A stretch of 64,000 nt of DNA from Vulcanimicrobiota bacterium (lineage in GTDB: Bacteria > Vulcanimicrobiota > Vulcanimicrobiia > Vulcanimicrobiales > Vulcanimicrobiaceae): contig OY968762.1 in assembly GCA_963695225.1 (NCBI GenBank), positions 1,920,001-1,984,000 of the forward strand, in the 5' to 3' direction. The notes beneath the pieces are model-generated. The model saw only the letters and a program-made list of their open reading frames with translations, did not search any database and had not been told where the DNA came from. Shown in pieces: positions 61,125-64,000 of this stretch. How positions within the stretch are numbered: the stretch's first letter is position 1; each line of letters begins with the position of its first letter. The translations under genes and the position numbers were made by a program.

Positions 61125-62312
61125 GTGAGCGCCGGCGCTTCAACGGCGGCGGCCGTCGCGCCGCGCCCCGCCGGCGGCGTCGCGTGGCCCGCGGCGCAGA
61201 TCTTGTTGCCGCTGTTCGCGTTCGGCGCGATGGTCGCGCTGACGGGCCTGCACGCGACGATCTACTCGAACTACGTCTACCTGGCGGACGCCTGGCGGCA
61301 TGGGCGCCTCTGGATCGAGTTCCCGGGAGCGTTCATCGATGCGGTCCCGTTCCACGGGCGGGCGTACGTCATTCAGGGCCCGACCCCGGCGCTGCTGCTC
61401 TTCCCGTTCGTCTGCCTGTTCGGACTCGATACGAATCAAACGGCACTGAGCGCCGCGCTCGGCGCGCTCTCCGTCTTCGCGGGCGTGCGCCTGTGCCGCA
61501 ATCTCGGCGTCGGGCTTCCCGCGACGATCCTGCTGAACGCATTCTTTTTCTTCGGGACGAGCATGTTCGCATGCGCGGGCATCGGCTCCGTCTGGTATCT
61601 CGCGCACGTCAGCGCGGCGACGTTCACGCTGCTCGCGCTCGCCGAACTCTACGGAGCGCGCAGGGCGTGGCTCGTCGCCGTGTGGGCGGTCGCGGCCGCG
61701 TTCTCGCGCATGCCGATGCTCGCCGCGATCCCCGTCTACTTCGCGATGCTGCGCTTCGAGCGCCGGCTCTCGTGGCGCGAGCTGAGCTCCTACGCGGCGG
61801 TGTGCCTCGCGGTCTTGCCGCTCGCGCTCTGGTACAATTACGCCCGCTGGGGGACGCTCAACGACATCGGCTTCACGTACTTCTACCGGATCATGGACGT
61901 CGAGCATCCGCACACCGACTATCCGTTTTCGCCCGCGAACCTCGAGATGCAGCTTCGCGCGTTTTTCCTCGGGCCGCCGCCGTTCACGAACCGCTTCCCT
62001 TGGGTTGCGCCCGGCCTGTTCGGAACGTCGATCGAGTGGGTGAGTCCGGCGCTCGTCCTCGCCCTCGGAGCCCGTTCGAAGGCGAGCCTGCCGTTGTGGT
62101 TCCTCGCAGCCGCCGCCGGGATCCCGCTGTTCTTCTACTACGGCGCCGGGGACGTCCAATTCGGCATGCGGCACGCGCTCGATTTCGAGCCGTTCGTGTT
62201 CGGGCTGATGGCTATGGCCGCGGCCAAGCGCCCGATCCCGCTCTGGGGGACGGCGTTGCTCTGGTATTCCATCCTGTTCGGGATCGCCGGCGCCTTTGTC
62301 TGGAGGCCCTGA
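61125..62312 (+). CDS. Polytopic GT-C-like membrane protein, paralog of 2426-3580
   Basis: YSNYVYLADAWRHGR, NQT, VWYLAHV, QFGMRHALDFEPF. Confidence 0.7.
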   Translation: MSAGASTAAAVAPRPAGGVAWPAAQILLPLFAFGAMVALTGLHATIYSNYVYLADAWRHGRLWIEFPGAFIDAVPFHGRAYVIQGPTPALLLFPFVCLFGLDTNQTALSAALGALSVFAGVRLCRNLGVGLPATILLNAFFFFGTSMFACAGIGSVWYLAHVSAATFTLLALAELYGARRAWLVAVWAVAAAFSRMPMLAAIPVYFAMLRFERRLSWRELSSYAAVCLAVLPLALWYNYARWGTLNDIGFTYFYRIMDVEHPHTDYPFSPANLEMQLRAFFLGPPPFTNRFPWVAPGLFGTSIEWVSPALVLALGARSKASLPLWFLAAAAGIPLFFYYGAGDVQFGMRHALDFEPFVFGLMAMAAAKRPIPLWGTALLWYSILFGIAGAFVWRP

Positions 62313-62325
62313 AGCGCCCGAGCCG

Positions 62326-64000
62326 CTACCGGCGCGCGGAGGCCGTCTCCTGCGCATCGCGGCGCACATAGAAGCGGGTCGTTCGGTAGGACGCAACGAG
62401 GCGATAATCGCGGCGAACGAGCGCCGCCAGTTCGGGGAACGTCTCGAGGCCGTTGCCTCCCTGCCACGGCGGATCGTCGAACGATTCCGAACCCGCATCG
62501 AGGAAACCGCGCGGCCGGAGTGCGATGAAGTCGCGGATGTAGCGAGCGCGGTAGTAGGCGAGATACGGATTCAGATACTCCACCCACTGATAGGCGCCGA
62601 TCGCGTCCCGAGTGCCGAGCAGCGTGTAGCTTTCGACGAAGTACTCCGGACGGTAGCCCCAAATCGCGAGCCGGTCGCCTTCCGAGAGATGCTGCCGGAT
62701 CATCACGACGACCGGTTCGGGGCGGCGGTTCTTGTACTCCCTGACGTCATCGAGGTACGGATACCATCCGAACGTGAACGCGCCTTGGACGAACAAGCTT
62801 CCCGCCACGAATCCCGACGCGAGCAGACTGCGCCAAATCCCGGATGCCGCGGTCGAGCGCAAGGCGCCGGCGAAGATTCCTAGCGCGACGGCGGCGGACG
62901 TTGCGACGGGCATGAGGCCGAAGAGCACGTAGTGCAACGATTCGCGCTTCGGCGCGAAGATCGCGTAGACGCCCGCGCCCAAGAGCACGAGCGAAACGAG
63001 GTACGCGTTGCGCGCGGTGCGGTCCACGCGCCCTCGCAGCAGCGCGAGCGCAATCGCTCCGGCCGCCGCCACGGCCAGCAAGAGATCGAACTGGAGGCCG
63101 AACTCCGTCATCGCCAAGAGGTACGAGGGCGGCTGGTAGGCCCAAAGAATGTAGGCGAGCGACGACTGAACGTACGAAATCCAGAAATCGTACAAGACGC
63201 CGTTGGCCGCAACGACCGCCAGCAGCGCCGCCGGAAACGCAAGCGCGCCTGCGGCGAGCGCAAACGCGCGCGCCGCCTTCCCGTGCGCGTCGAGCGCGGC
63301 CGAGCCGAAGATCAAGCACAGTGCGGCTGCAAACGTCGCGGCGACGAGCGGCGCGGATTGAAGCTTCGCAAACGGCGCCATGCCGAGCAAGACGCCGGCG
63401 GCGAAGAGCCATGCGGGAGCATAGCGCTTCACCGCGGCGACGCAGATGCACCAGAGGGCGGCCGTCGCGAGAAAGATCGGCAGATGTTCGCTCGCGTAGT
63501 GAACGAACTCGGGCCTCGTCACGAGCGCGAACAGCGCGACGGGGGGCAAGATCGCGAGGCGCGCGAGCCATCCCTCAAACAGCGTCGCCGCCGCTCCGTA
63601 GAGCGCGGCAACCGCCCCGAATTCGAGCAGCACCGTGATGACGTGCGTCGTGACGTAACTCAGACGGAGCCCGAAGAGCGCGGGGAGCATGAGGACGTAC
63701 GTGTTCAGCGGCCCGCAGGTGTTGCCGTCGAACGATTTCCAAGGGATCGGATCGTGCAGCGCCGTGATCGCCTGAGCGAGCGCCTGCGCTTCGTCGGGGT
63801 CGAGCGCGCGATTCGCCACGAACGTCGGCCAGCGCGCGCCGACGAGCGCGAGCAACGCGAGCGCAAGGAAGGCTGCCGTCCAAAGACGCCCCGATAGGCG
63901 CCGGTCGAGCCGGCGAGAGAATGCCCCGGCCAGCGCGAGCGCGGCGAGCGCGAACAGCAGAGTTCGGCTGATGGCCAGATACCACGCCGGATTATCGCCG
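62326..64000 (-). CDS. Polytopic membrane protein, GT-C/ArnT-PMT-like; 5' end beyond the window
   Basis: Frame open to the window edge; DPDE acidic motif after the first TM, then PL..Y; periplasmic C-terminal domain. Confidence 0.65.
   Translation of the reverse strand, partial: GDNPAWYLAISRTLLFALAALALAGAFSRRLDRRLSGRLWTAAFLALALLALVGARWPTFVANRALDPDEAQALAQAITALHDPIPWKSFDGNTCGPLNTYVLMLPALFGLRLSYVTTHVITVLLEFGAVAALYGAAATLFEGWLARLAILPPVALFALVTRPEFVHYASEHLPIFLATAALWCICVAAVKRYAPAWLFAAGVLLGMAPFAKLQSAPLVAATFAAALCLIFGSAALDAHGKAARAFALAAGALAFPAALLAVVAANGVLYDFWISYVQSSLAYILWAYQPPSYLLAMTEFGLQFDLLLAVAAAGAIALALLRGRVDRTARNAYLVSLVLLGAGVYAIFAPKRESLHYVLFGLMPVATSAAVALGIFAGALRSTAASGIWRSLLASGFVAGSLFVQGAFTFGWYPYLDDVREYKNRRPEPVVVMIRQHLSEGDRLAIWGYRPEYFVESYTLLGTRDAIGAYQWVEYLNPYLAYYRARYIRDFIALRPRGFLDAGSESFDDPPWQGGNGLETFPELAALVRRDYRLVASYRTTRFYVRRDAQETASARR

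Overview
A 64-kb, very GC-rich bacterial chromosome segment, mostly core genome. The gene order is Firmicutes-like (rpiB-glyA-upp-dCMP deaminase-tagO/wecA-wecB-atpIBE-b'-b-HAGDC-murA-mreB/mbl; rarA-iscS...alaS; rsbV-rsbW-sigB). It also carries an LptA/OstA-like gene and LolA-like secreted proteins, which suggests a diderm Terrabacteria lineage such as Eremiobacterota; this is an inference only. Other recognisable genes: ligD (5' part), serA plus a metal-independent phosphoserine phosphatase, a DEAD-box helicase, a membrane-anchored CheA-like kinase with a CheY-like partner, two MsrBs, SRAP, a CPD photolyase, an epimerase/DUF1611/peptide-SBP/C39 peptidase cluster, trmL, fatty-acid oxidation genes, UdgB and GT-C-like membrane proteins. 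A likely 6S RNA lies at about 43.3-43.5 kb. No CRISPR array, tRNA, rRNA, transposase or phage genes were seen. The most notable unexplained structures are: (i) a ~285-bp nested-palindrome element whose arm mismatches are G·U-compatible on one strand, inserted with two coupled orphan ORFs between glyA and upp; (ii) a PLP-enzyme gene bracketed by a 42-bp direct repeat that contains its own RBS and start codon; (iii) a shared palindromic operator linking an HxlR regulator to two beta-oxidation genes. All calls come from reading motifs by eye; no searches were run.
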